DNA of 63,890 nucleotides, counting the filler, from Folioceros fuciformis (lineage: Eukaryota), in assembly GCA_049999805.1 (NCBI GenBank). It is 6 parts of 6 records of this genome, joined end to end, with 100 filler letters (N's around TTAATTAATTAA, not from the genome) between each part and the next. Parts side by side here need not be neighbours in the genome. Positions count along the whole stretch, not along the records: positions 31,659 to 54,107 come from JBNGIO010005990.1; 5 more parts are not named here. One strand, written 5' to 3'. Below are positions 37,113-47,901 of this stretch, in pieces. The first letter of the stretch is position 1. Each line of letters begins with the position of its first letter. The notes beneath the pieces are model-generated. The model did not search any database. It worked only from the letters and a program-made list of their open reading frames with translations, and was not told the origin of the DNA. Made by a program: the position numbers and the translations under genes.

Positions 37113-38447
37113 CTAGGTCTGGCTGTCCGGCACCAGGTGATCGAAGGAGAGGGTGGCCTGGGCCCGGTCTTCCTTGTGGTTGTAGATTTCGAAGGTCACG
37201 TTGGGAGGGCACAGGCCTTGTACGCAGGCAACCACCACTGTCGCCACATCGCACCTGGGGATGGTGCCGCTTGCTTTGTCACCTGTACAGAGCACGGGGG
37301 AGCTTCAGGGAGAGGACCAAGGACGGTATGCCTGAATGTGGGTACATCTGCAGCAGGACGTTACCTTGATCCAGTATGATGCGCTTATTGCCAGCTTCGT
37401 TGTTGTTCAGCCCTCCAGGCCGCACGATGAAGTAGTTCAGGTCTTCGGGTAAGTATGCCTGGCGCAGTGCTTCCTCGCCCTGTCGTGAAGCCGTGTGGTG
37501 AGGTTTTAGAGGCACCAGGACAGGGCACCCACCACGCTCTAAATGCCATGCCAAGCTAGCAGGAGATGATGCTACACCACATCACCATACCATATTCTGC
37601 ACCGTGGCTAACATGCCATGCCCAGCTAGTGCGTGATGCTCTAAGTACGTACCTTGCCCTTCCAGTGTAATACTCGGCCAAACATGGTGTTCAGCAGGAT
37701 GGCAACAGGCCAGAAAGGACGGGTGATACCCATTGATGAAACCAACACAAACCTAGGAACCTGCAAGTCGCCATTTCAGACGGCCATAAGTTGCCCCCAT
37801 ACATATCAATCTAGTTCTTTACGAGCAGGCCCCTCCCGCGGCTATGCTGCTGCTTCCACGGGTATGCAGACAGCGAGAGTATATGAAGTATTCATCAGCC
37901 TAGGATAAGAGTGTTTTTGCCATGTAGTGAGTAGGACACACAAACCTTGGAGGCAGCAGCAGCTTCACTGAGGTACTTGACTCCAAGGTAATCCACATGC
38001 TGGGGAGTGTCCAGCTTGGATCCTAGTACTCCCCAGCCTGCCCTGGCACCGACCGTGCACACAACTGCGTCTTTTCCAGACACGGGGTCCACAAGTGTTT
38101 CCTGCTTGCTGATGTCTCCTTGGATGAAATGCACTCTTGAGGCTGAACTGCCTGCACGTGGTTACGACCAGCTTCTCCAGTGAGCACCACAGCTACCAAC
38201 ACGGCATCCATGTCTACTAAAGACCTTACCGATTGCATCCCTGGCCCGTTCCTCGTCCCGCACCAACGCATAGACCTCGAATTTGTCTTGATCTTCAAGA
38301 AGTGCTTTCGTCACCTGAAAAGGGATCGGCAGCGAGGAGAGTCTGAGAGCAGAAGGAAGAAGATGAACCTCTTCATCGGGTGAAAAGGTACTTCACCTGC
38401 AGACCGACGCCGCTGCTGCTGCCAACAACCAGTACTTTGAGACCCAT
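37113..38447 (-). CDS. Atypical SDR / NAD(P)-binding Rossmann-fold protein, 6 exons
   Basis: MGLKVLVVGSSSGVG, VYALVRD, GDISK, DAVVCTVGA, VDYLGVKYL, RFVLVSSMG, WKGKGEEALR, YFIVRPGGL, GTIPRCDVA; GT-AG introns. Confidence 0.88.
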
Positions 38448-39171
38448 GATCGTTTGCTGAGCATCCGCAAGTCAGATCAGGGTGGCCAAGTTACATCAGG
38501 GTTTCGAGCGAAGTGGCAACTTTTTCGTGAATGCATGCCATCCCTGCCCCTTTCCCCTATATTGTATTGCCAGCATCTCGAGGTCCTACCGCATACCAAA
38601 TGTGGGGCCAAGATCTCGTCCGCTAAAACAGCGAAGGGAATCCTGAGAGTGCTGGAGGTGAGTGCCAACTTTCATCAAGAAGTTGGCGGGCTTGTTTCGG
38701 AAAGTGCAGGCACAGCCGGATTTCTGAGGCCTTCAACACAGGCAGACTCAGGAGATACTACGGCATTGTGGATCACTTAGCCAGTGTTCGTCGTAGAGGG
38801 TTGGTTCTTTCAGGCGAAGTTCTGTACAGGTAGCACAGAGCGTGATGTGCCAGCCGAGAGATGGGGACACGGGCCATACTGTTCGGGCAAGCCTGAGGCC
38901 TTTACCAAGAGAAGGAATAACAGATCCTTGAGTCCCATGAATTCTCTTTATGCAAACTGTCCGGGTCCTCGGACGTGCACCCAAACCCGCTAGCTCCTGA
39001 CAGGAGCCATTGCTTACAACCGGAAGCATTTCGTTCCACTCAATTGGTCGTCACCAAAATCTAGAATCCACAAACTTCTTGTGGATGCACCCCCAGGAGT
39101 TCGGCGGCATCTCAACTGGACATGCTGAATTCAATTCTGTCCAAAGAGTTGCCTGAAAATAGAGTCGGGTC

Positions 39172-40295
39172 CTACACCCTGGAGAACCCTAATTTTCTCT
39201 CGAAGAGTCTTCGCAACAAGTAGACTTGTAAGACGCTGGCAGAGATCATTGCTGTGGATTCCCACAAGGCCTTGTAGATGACCCTGCTGCTCATCTTGGA
39301 GTTCACTGCAACAGCAGCCAGAGAGAACATGAGTGAAAAGTGACAACAGAGCCAACACAAACCACATAACAGTACAGCTCCTCACCTAAAGCCTGACGTT
39401 CTGTCTGGGCGTGGAGCCAATGTTGCTCAAATTGAACGTTGTAGAGGGCATCTTCAAGCCTGGTCACCTGGTCCAGGATTGGATCAAAGTGTTCTGTATT
39501 TGACATGGGGCGTTCCACGTCAGTTTGCTGGGACCTTGGAGTTGTTCGGACTTGTGAACTCTTGAAGAATTGGAGGTATGTCACTTACCGTCTGTTGCAT
39601 GCTCCACCTTGGGAGGAACATGACCAATGTGCACATCAAACACGACAGTCTCGTGAATGGGGGAGTGATTGTAGAAGCAGAACTTGTAGTGACCCTTCTT
39701 CGTTGCTACGAACTCGAACTTCTCCTCCACCTTCTGCCTGGCGCTATGCACATGATGGCCAGTCGGAGCCTCAACCTGAAACGTACATCACAGATCACGC
39801 CGTCAGCTTTCCATGACTCCCTAGTCCCATCTCATCTGAGATTGTAAGGCCACCACCTCAGAGTCACATCCACAACCCAGCCGATCTAATTTCTTGCACA
39901 CTTCTTCCCGACCTAAGAAAATGTTATCGACAAAGACGAGCCGAAACCGAAGCCGAAGCCGGAGCCGGGGCCGGGGCCAGAGAAAACCCCACACCATCTA
40001 TCAACTTCTTCAAAGCAACAGAGCAGAGAAGGCAATTTTGGCACCAAATGAGTTAGGAGCAGCTTACGATGACATCCACGCCCGAGTGCTCGAACTTCCA
40101 AGAGCTCTCCACCTCAACCACGACATACGAGGCGTGAACGGTGTCCCTGTCAGACTCCACGTTGTAGCTGAAGCACTCCTTCCGGTCAACAGTGAAGCGG
40201 ATGGCCCGAGCCGGAGCTACGTTGTAAAGGAACACCAAAACCAGCCACGCTAGACCCGCAATCCGTCTCCGAAGATGCCTGCAGTCCTGGCCCAT
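39172..40295 (-). CDS. p24/emp24 GOLD-domain cargo receptor, beta subfamily, multi-exon
   Basis: Signal peptide, IRFTVDRKECFS, SYVVV, LEDALYNVQFEQHWL.AQTERQ, TM segment and tail LRRLFERKLGFSRV. Confidence 0.9.
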
Positions 40296-40477
40296 GTTGG
40301 CACAGCAGATTCGACTCAACCGCCCACAACGAAGTAGGAGCAGACAGGCTGACAAGGAAGCCTTTTCTCCGACTGATTGCTGACTTTATATGTGACATAA
40401 CGCGAAGCCCGATCGACCCCTGATTTATACTTCCTGCCATACTGCAAGAACCGGCCGGCAAAGCAAGGTGGCATGAC

Positions 40478-42478
40478 ATGATGGGGTCGCCCTCGCCGGG
40501 CCAGGGAGTGCGGACTTTCCTACGATTGGCGTGTATGTCTCTGTTCCTCATCGTGGTGTGGGGACGGATTGTTGGGCTCAGAGGGAGTGGCAGTTCTGCT
40601 GGAAGCAGCCCGGGCACAGGAATCAGGCGGTTGCTGGTTGAACAGGGGGAATTTGATGGGAAATCGGGTGAAACCGGAGGCCTTTGGCTGCCCTTGGGTG
40701 CTCCGACGCCCTCACAGAATTCAGCAGGGACTGACGCTGGCTCTTGCCAGCACGTGGGGCAGCACGAAGGGTACCCCGATTCTTGCTCCTTTGCTAGGGC
40801 ACATGATGCCTGCAGATCGGGGAGTCTGATCGAGTATACCAGTTTGTATTACTGCTCCTGCTCGAGTGTGCCGGTTGTCGGCCTTGTGGTGTTTGTCATC
40901 TGGCTGGCAGCTCTGTTTTACATGCTGGGTAACACCGCTGCTGATTATTTCTGCTGCTCTCTGGAGAAGCTATCCAAGCTTCTACGTTTGCCTCCTACTG
41001 TGGCCGGAGTTTCTCTCCTCCCGTTGGGGAATGGAGCTCCTGATGTCTTCGCCAGCATTGCAGCGTTTGTGGGGGCAGGAACTGGGGATGTTGGCCTTAA
41101 CAGCGTTCTTGGGGGAGCAACTTTCGTGACCTCCGTGGTCATGGGGTCTGTGAGTCTGGTGATCGCAGGGTATAAGACTCCAAGTTTACTGAGGATTGAC
41201 CGGTTCTCCTTCATCCGGGATGTTAGCTTTTTCCTCGTCACTCTCATGGCCTTGTTGGTCATTCTTCTCGTGGGGAAGATCTCGCTCTGGGGTGCTGCTG
41301 CTTATGTCTCCATCTATGTGGTGTACGGGATCTCGGTTGCAGTGCTGGAATTGAGGAAGAACGCCAGAAAGAAGCCAAGTTGGCAGACTATGGAGCCCTT
41401 GCTGACAGCCAAGGACTTCGACATCCCTCTGCTTCCTCCTGGTCCAAACCCTCGTGATCAGGATGCTCCAGATTTTGACGGGGATGGTCTTTCGGTAGAC
41501 CCAGAATTGGTTCGGGGATTCCCATCCTTTGTTCGTGGTGGGACTGTGGTGGACACATCCTTGCCCCAGTGGAAGTGGGCGCCACATGTGGCCATCTACT
41601 CAGACCAGGGAACCATGAGGAGAGGACGGCCAGGCACCAGACCTCTATGGGGATGGAGTGAAGAGGAAACATTACCAGAGTTTGTGTGGTACACACCTCG
41701 AGGCCTGCTCTTCTACCTCATTGAGTGGCCGCTCTCATTGCCGAGACGCATGACCATTCCAATTGTGGAGGATGACCGCTGGTCTTCGCGGTTTGCAGTG
41801 ACCAGTGCAACTCTGGCCCCAGTGCTCCTTGCTCTTGTGTGGGAAGGTGGAAACAGCTTCTCCATTCGAGAAAGCTGGCAGGTTCTCGGCGTAGCCACAG
41901 CTTCTGGGGCCGCCTTTGGGATAGCAGCACATTTCACCTTGACACCAGACCATCCACCTCGAAGGTTCTTGTTCCCATGGGTGTTGGGAGGCTTTGTCAT
42001 GAGCATTGTGTGGTTTTATATCATAGCGAATGAGCTGGTTGCTGCACTGATAGCCTTGGGTGTTATACTCGAGATCGATGCTGCTATTTTGGGTCTCACA
42101 GTTCTAGCTTGGGGTAACTCCATCGGGGATCTCATGTCCAACATCGCCCTGGCTTGTCACGGCGGGGATGGAGTACAAATAGCAGTCTCTGGGTGCTATG
42201 CAGGCCCCATGTTCAACACCTTGGTGGGGTTGGGTCTGTCCTTGCTTCTGGCTTCTTGGAAGGTATACCCAGCCTCATATCCTGTTCCCGATGACCACTC
42301 CATTTACTACACGCTGGGATTCCTAGTGGCGGGGCTGTTGTGGGCTCTATGGATTCTTCCCAAATCTGCCATGCAACCAAGCAAACAGCTTGGAATTGGC
42401 TTGTTAGTTCTGTATGTTACATTTCTAACCTTGCGTTTGAGTAGTGCTCTGGGAGTTCTCTCTATTGCTGGCCTATGA
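40478..42478 (+). CDS. CCX: Cation/calcium exchanger (CCX3/4-like), intronless
   Basis: 666-aa ORF with alpha-repeats LGNGAPDVF and AWGNSIGDL, GCYAGPMFN and many TM helices. Confidence 0.95.
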   Translation: MMGSPSPGQGVRTFLRLACMSLFLIVVWGRIVGLRGSGSSAGSSPGTGIRRLLVEQGEFDGKSGETGGLWLPLGAPTPSQNSAGTDAGSCQHVGQHEGYPDSCSFARAHDACRSGSLIEYTSLYYCSCSSVPVVGLVVFVIWLAALFYMLGNTAADYFCCSLEKLSKLLRLPPTVAGVSLLPLGNGAPDVFASIAAFVGAGTGDVGLNSVLGGATFVTSVVMGSVSLVIAGYKTPSLLRIDRFSFIRDVSFFLVTLMALLVILLVGKISLWGAAAYVSIYVVYGISVAVLELRKNARKKPSWQTMEPLLTAKDFDIPLLPPGPNPRDQDAPDFDGDGLSVDPELVRGFPSFVRGGTVVDTSLPQWKWAPHVAIYSDQGTMRRGRPGTRPLWGWSEEETLPEFVWYTPRGLLFYLIEWPLSLPRRMTIPIVEDDRWSSRFAVTSATLAPVLLALVWEGGNSFSIRESWQVLGVATASGAAFGIAAHFTLTPDHPPRRFLFPWVLGGFVMSIVWFYIIANELVAALIALGVILEIDAAILGLTVLAWGNSIGDLMSNIALACHGGDGVQIAVSGCYAGPMFNTLVGLGLSLLLASWKVYPASYPVPDDHSIYYTLGFLVAGLLWALWILPKSAMQPSKQLGIGLLVLYVTFLTLRLSSALGVLSIAGL

Positions 42479-42733
42479 CGATTGGTTTCCCGACCTGCAT
42501 TCGTTTCACATTTGTGGAGAAATTAGTGAAGAGTAAAATTTGTGAAGAAAGACTTTACTAGTCAAAAAATGGTGGTGACCACCAATACGACGGCAGAGCA
42601 GGTGCGCCTGTCGATGGTATCTAACCGAGCGAATCGTCTTCGTCGACTGCGTCTGCCGCTTCGAACTAGAGTTGTATTTACAGACCTTTCACTCTTTTAG
42701 GCTTGACGTTCTTGGAGTACAGCTATGGTAGTC

Positions 42734-44503
42734 TTATGTCGCATGCTTATGGCGAGCTTCTTCTGTTGCCAGTACTGGGACAGCTTTGGGCAGTTTCACA
42801 ACAAGAAGGGGACATGGGCTGTTGTGGGATAAGTAGTCGCTTACACTTCCCAAGAATGTCCTGCGGAGAGTAGGCCTCAGGTTCGTCCTAACTGATCTTG
42901 CAAAACGTAAAGCAACGACTGAATGACCAAACATTGCATGTCTATGCTACGGTAACGCACCTTGCCAGTGCTCCGCGATCATGGGAACCAACAACGACCG
43001 CGTCTGCTTTCAACGCCTTCAGACCTTGACAGACCTTAACTTCTGTCGGGCCTGGTACAACCATACCAACACACTTGATCTGCAAAAATTCACACCAAAA
43101 ATATGTTAGCTTCACATCAAGAAACAGATGAGATGCAAACCCTTTTCCTGCTTGCCTTGGTCCGATTTGTCGCGTACACCATGTACTTCTCCACCAGCTT
43201 CTCGCTTTCATCCAGGGCCTGTACCTCATCCTTGGAGCTGAGGTCCGGAGGAATATACACTTCCTCCACTCCAAAATTACCTGCGAGGGGCCTCGTTAGC
43301 CTGACATTTCTGGAGACCGAGCTGATGAAAGCGGGGACGTCTAATGGACCAGGATGTACAAAATGCATCATTTGAATCTACCTGTGCCAAGACCTGTGAC
43401 AGGAGACTGGATTGCCTGATGCACGTGATATATCACCACCTCATCTGATTCGTCGCAGAAATTCTCCAGGGCCCATTTGAAAGCATATACTGCCTGCAAT
43501 CACAAATAATTTACAATGCTACATGTACCGAGCAATTGCAGAGTTCTGCTTCCTAGTACTCAAGGACAAGAAGCTTGCCTCATCTGAATCGTCCACAGCA
43601 ATGACAATCTTTCTCGGTGACCCTGAAGAGCTCAACGGATCATGCTGCTGGAGTTCGTCCGAATGTCGAACAATGACCAACGGACTTCTCACGTTATGCA
43701 GGACAAAGTCGCTTATGCTGCCTAAAAGAGTTCTGCGAAGTCCAAGAATCGCCTTGAGCTCAACGTTCAAAAACCTCAGCAAACATCGGGAGCTCCCAAA
43801 AAATCACAACCAAATCGAAGCACAGCACCTCGTGAGAATACCATATCCGTGGCTGCCAACAACGACGGCATCTACCTCCAAGCGGTTGGCCTCATCAACT
43901 ATCCAACTTCCAGCCTCACCTTTCACAACTTCACCTTCAGAAGATATCTGCCAATTCTTTCCAGTGAGGTCAGAGTTCAAAACTCTCAACAGTTTGTAGG
44001 CCATTTACAGAGATTGGAAGAGTCTTTCACCCCAGCTTGTTTCAGCTTCTCAAGATACTTGGTCACCAGGACCTTAGACACCTCCGTATTCCTCCTCTCA
44101 GCAGCTTCCGACTCGCCAAGGGGACGCCCAAGCAAAAGTCCATACTCTGACAAAAGAAATGATTCGAGCGTGTATACATCACCCATCTCCCCACATCCCT
44201 CTAAAGCAATACGCACCCAACACTTCTTCCCCGTGGACTCTATTTTGCTCTCCTCACAAGCCATGAGTTTCAAAGCCCTCTTCACCAAACCCCAAGCAAC
44301 AACACATGGGCCAAATGCACGCCTCCATTCTCACCTGTGGCAACGTCAACAGAAGGCAGGGAATTTGCCCCAGCAAGCGGAGCTGCATGAAACACAATGA
44401 CATGGTCCGTTTTGCGGAACAGGTTGCGAAAGGCCCATTCAAAAGCGTACGAGGACACCTCGGTGCCATCCACAGCTACAATAATTTTCCTCCCTTGATC
44501 CAT
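42734..44503 (-). CDS. Universal stress protein with two tandem UspA domains, about 8 exons
   Basis: Domain 1: RKIIVAVDG..VSSYAFEWA, AVVVGSHGYG, RTLLGSISDFVLHN. Domain 2: RKIVIAVDDSDEAVYAFKWA, AVVVGSHDRG, RTFLGSVSDYLSHN. The exon at 43579-43733 reads through from domain 1 into domain 2. Confidence 0.9.
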
Positions 44504-45136
44504 TGCAGATCGGACTACTCTACAGTCTGAATTCCAGATAACGCAATTTTGATCCAAGAAAGAACAGGATCTCCCTGCTCTGCTCCTCTCCACCTTCAGA
44601 TAAGCTCACCACAAATCGCGCATTCCAGCGGTGCTACAGCGTCTTGCATATGATCTCGAGACACAGTCAACGAGCAACCACATAAGACGACGAGCAACAA
44701 TTGATGCTACAGGTGCGATACGCAAGCCTTTATAAGCCTGGTGCTCGGTACAGTCAGGCAGCGATGAAGTGGCGGTAGGTCGCTGCATCCACGCGTCTTC
44801 TGTCCTCGTGACAAGGTCGCGTCCGTGTGAACGCGACCAACCACAGACGTACCGACAAGGTTCATCGGACGGCTGTGCTCAAACCTACGCAGATCTACAC
44901 CGTTAAACTGTCGATCCGCTAGGAGCCTTGCCATTGGTGCACAATTTGAACATTTTGTGTTTAAATCGTGTGCTTCCCCCCGAGACGTCTTCATTCTCCG
45001 CTTCCGCGTTTCCGTCTTGCAAACTCTTCCTCGACCCTCTTGTCCAGTTCCGTTCCTGCTCTCGCCAAGCAGCTCGGCGCGCACGCTCGGCAGCCTCCTC
45101 AACTCATCGCATTCGGAGATCACACCAGGGCGCGCA

Positions 45137-45637
45137 ATGACAGGCAGAGGCAAGAGCTCAGGCAAGAAAGCGGTTTCCCGCTCAGCCAAGGCGGGCCTTC
45201 AATTCCCTGTGGGAAGAATTGCCCGATTTCTCAAGGCTGGCAAGTACGCAACCCGAGTGGGAGCGGGCGCCCCTGTCTACCTCGCCGCTGTGCTAGAGTA
45301 TCTTGCTGCTGAGGTGATGCTACGCTCGACAATGCTGGAATTGCGAAGATGAAAATCTTCGTGTTTAGCGCTTGGTATTGTCGACGTTTTCTTGTTTCTC
45401 AAACCCCTCCTCGCGCAGGTGCTTGAGTTGGCTGGGAATGCGTCTCGCGACAACAAGAAGACAAGGATCGTCCCCCGCCACATTCAATTGGCAGTGAGGA
45501 ATGACGAGGAACTGAGCAAGCTGCTCGGTTCCGTCACCATAGCTAACGGAGGGGTTTTGCCAAACATTCACTCTGTACTTCTGCCAAAGAAAACTGGAAT
45601 TTCTGGAAAGGGAGGCAAATCATCCTCCGCCGAATAG
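45137..45637 (+). CDS. H2A: Histone H2A, one intron (45314-45418)
   Basis: [58 protein letters not shown]. No SQ(E/D) or KSPK tail, so neither H2A.X nor H2A.W. Confidence 0.96.
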
Positions 45638-46051
45638 ATCTGCAGGACTGCAGCTACTCTCACTAAATGGTGTTCTTGAACACCACCTCCTGGTGGAAAC
45701 TTGTCATCTCGGCTCGAAATGTTAATGGTCGTGGCAGTTGGTGCACAAGGTGAGCTTTTCAGTTTAACAGGACAATGCATTGTCATCTGTCCAGAGACAT
45801 GTGAAGACAGGTAGGAAGATCCTTGCGTTCAGCATGGCCAACTTATTATTGAGTCAACAAAATTCATTCACTACCTACATCCTCCAAAACATTCAGCAAG
45901 TCATAAGGATTCCTACCGATGACGACCTAGATTGTTATATAATACGACATCCTGACTTTTATCATAAATAACCACCACCGCCACGTCGGGGCTCTCCTTC
46001 CCTGCTGTGAAATGGCTTGGGTTATCAAAACTAATAATGCCGCGCTTAGTG

Positions 46052-47901
46052 TCAGGGGCTGGAGAGCGAGCCTTCACCACTGTCTTCTCCAACTTCCTCA
46101 TAATCCTTCTCCAGAGCGGCCAAGTCTTCGCGAGCTTCTGCAAACTCACCCTCTTCCATTCCTTCGCCAACGTACCAATGCACAAAGGCCCGTTTGGCAT
46201 ACATCACGTCAAACTTACGATTGATCTGGGAAAACACTTCTGCCACCGCTGTGCTGTTACTGATCATGCACACAGCTCTCTGCACCTTTGCCAAATCACC
46301 ACCGGGAACAGCTGTCGGAGGTTGGTAGTTGATGCCACACTTGAACCCGGTTGGACACCTGCCATGCCATCAAGAAAGCCCTTGTCATTCCCCTGATGTA
46401 GTACTCCACGCGAAAAGAGCACTGCAGGAGTTCAAGTACAAACCCAACGAAGGCTGAAACGCTTACCAGTCTACAAATTGAACGCTACGCTTGGTCTTGA
46501 TGGTTGCCACAGCTGATTGAACATCTTTAGGCGTTAAATCTCCTCGGTACATCATACAGCAGGCCATGTACTTGCCATGCCGTGGATCACACTTGACCAT
46601 CATGGAAGCTGGCTCAAACACACTACTTGTGATCTCTGCTACTGAAAGGGCCTCGTGGTACGCCTTCACTGAGGATATGACGGGAGCATAAGATGAGAGC
46701 ATAAAATGTATCCGAGGATATGGCACCAGGTTTGTTTGGAACTCTGTGATGTCCACATTTAGTGCCCCATCGAATCTTAGTGATGTGGTCAATGAAGAGA
46801 TGACCTGCGAAACGAGTCTATTCAAGTTTGAGTAAGTGGGCCTCTCAATGTCCAGCGACTTCCTGCAAATGTCATAAATGGCCTCGTTGTCCAGGAGCAC
46901 GGCAACATCTGTATGCTCTATCAAAGAATGTGTGGACAGGACGCTGTTGTAGGGTTCAACCACAGCAGTAGACACCTGCCAGCAAGGAGAGACAGAACGT
47001 TCTCACGAGTTAGACAACTTCCTGGCAAGCCTGATCATCATTCACCAGAACTGATGGATTACCTGTGGGGAAGGGTAGATGGTAAACGCCAACTTGGACT
47101 TCTTCCCGTAGTCCACAGACAAACGTTCCAACAACAGCGAGCCAAGACCTGAACCAGTTCCGCCTCCAACAGCATTGAAGACAAGGAAGCCTTGGAGGCC
47201 ACTGCAGTTATCCGCTAGCTTCCTCACGCGGTCTAGGCACTTGTCCACAATCTCTTTACCAACTGCATAACAGCAGAGGGGAAGACGTTCAGCTTGCACA
47301 TTTCTCTTGGTCGCCACAAAATGAGATCCTGCCATGAAGAAGCTAACAGACCTGTGTAGTGACCTCGAGCGAAATTGTTGGCAGCATCCTCCTTCCCGGA
47401 CATGAGCTGCTCAGGATGGAATAGCTGGCGGTAACTGCCAGTTCGGACCTCATCGATCACTGTAGGTTCTAGATCAACAAGCACTGCTCGAGGAACGTGC
47501 TTCCCGGAACCAGTATTGCTGAAGAAAGTGTTGAAGGACTGCTCGGAACTTCCCAAGGCGCTTTCACTGCACCAAAGACCCGTACGAATGTCAGAGCTGC
47601 AACTTCAAACGACTGAGCTGCCGTCCCGCTCAGACTCTTTACGTACTTGCATTCCCCTCCAATGGCAAGCTGTAGGGCTTGTGCAATTCAAATATGCATC
47701 CTGCAAAGTAGCTCAGGTTGGCAAAAGCAGCTTTCAAAACAGACCATCAGGCCGACGGATGACCGGACGCTGGGAAGGAGACACGTACTCAGTCATTTGG
47801 CCATTAGGCTGAATTCCGTGCTCCAGGCAGAAGAGCTCCCAGCAGGCGTTCCCGAGCTGAATGCCAGCCTGCCCGACGTGCAGGCTGATGATCTCTCTCA
47901 T
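46052..47901 (-). CDS. TUA: Alpha-tubulin, divergent, 5 exons
   Basis: [81 protein letters not shown]. Confidence 0.95.

Noticed and set aside
45137..45637. Possible H2A.X or novel H2A variant
   Set aside because: The core is conventional and the tail (KSSSAE) lacks SQ(E/D) and KSPK motifs.
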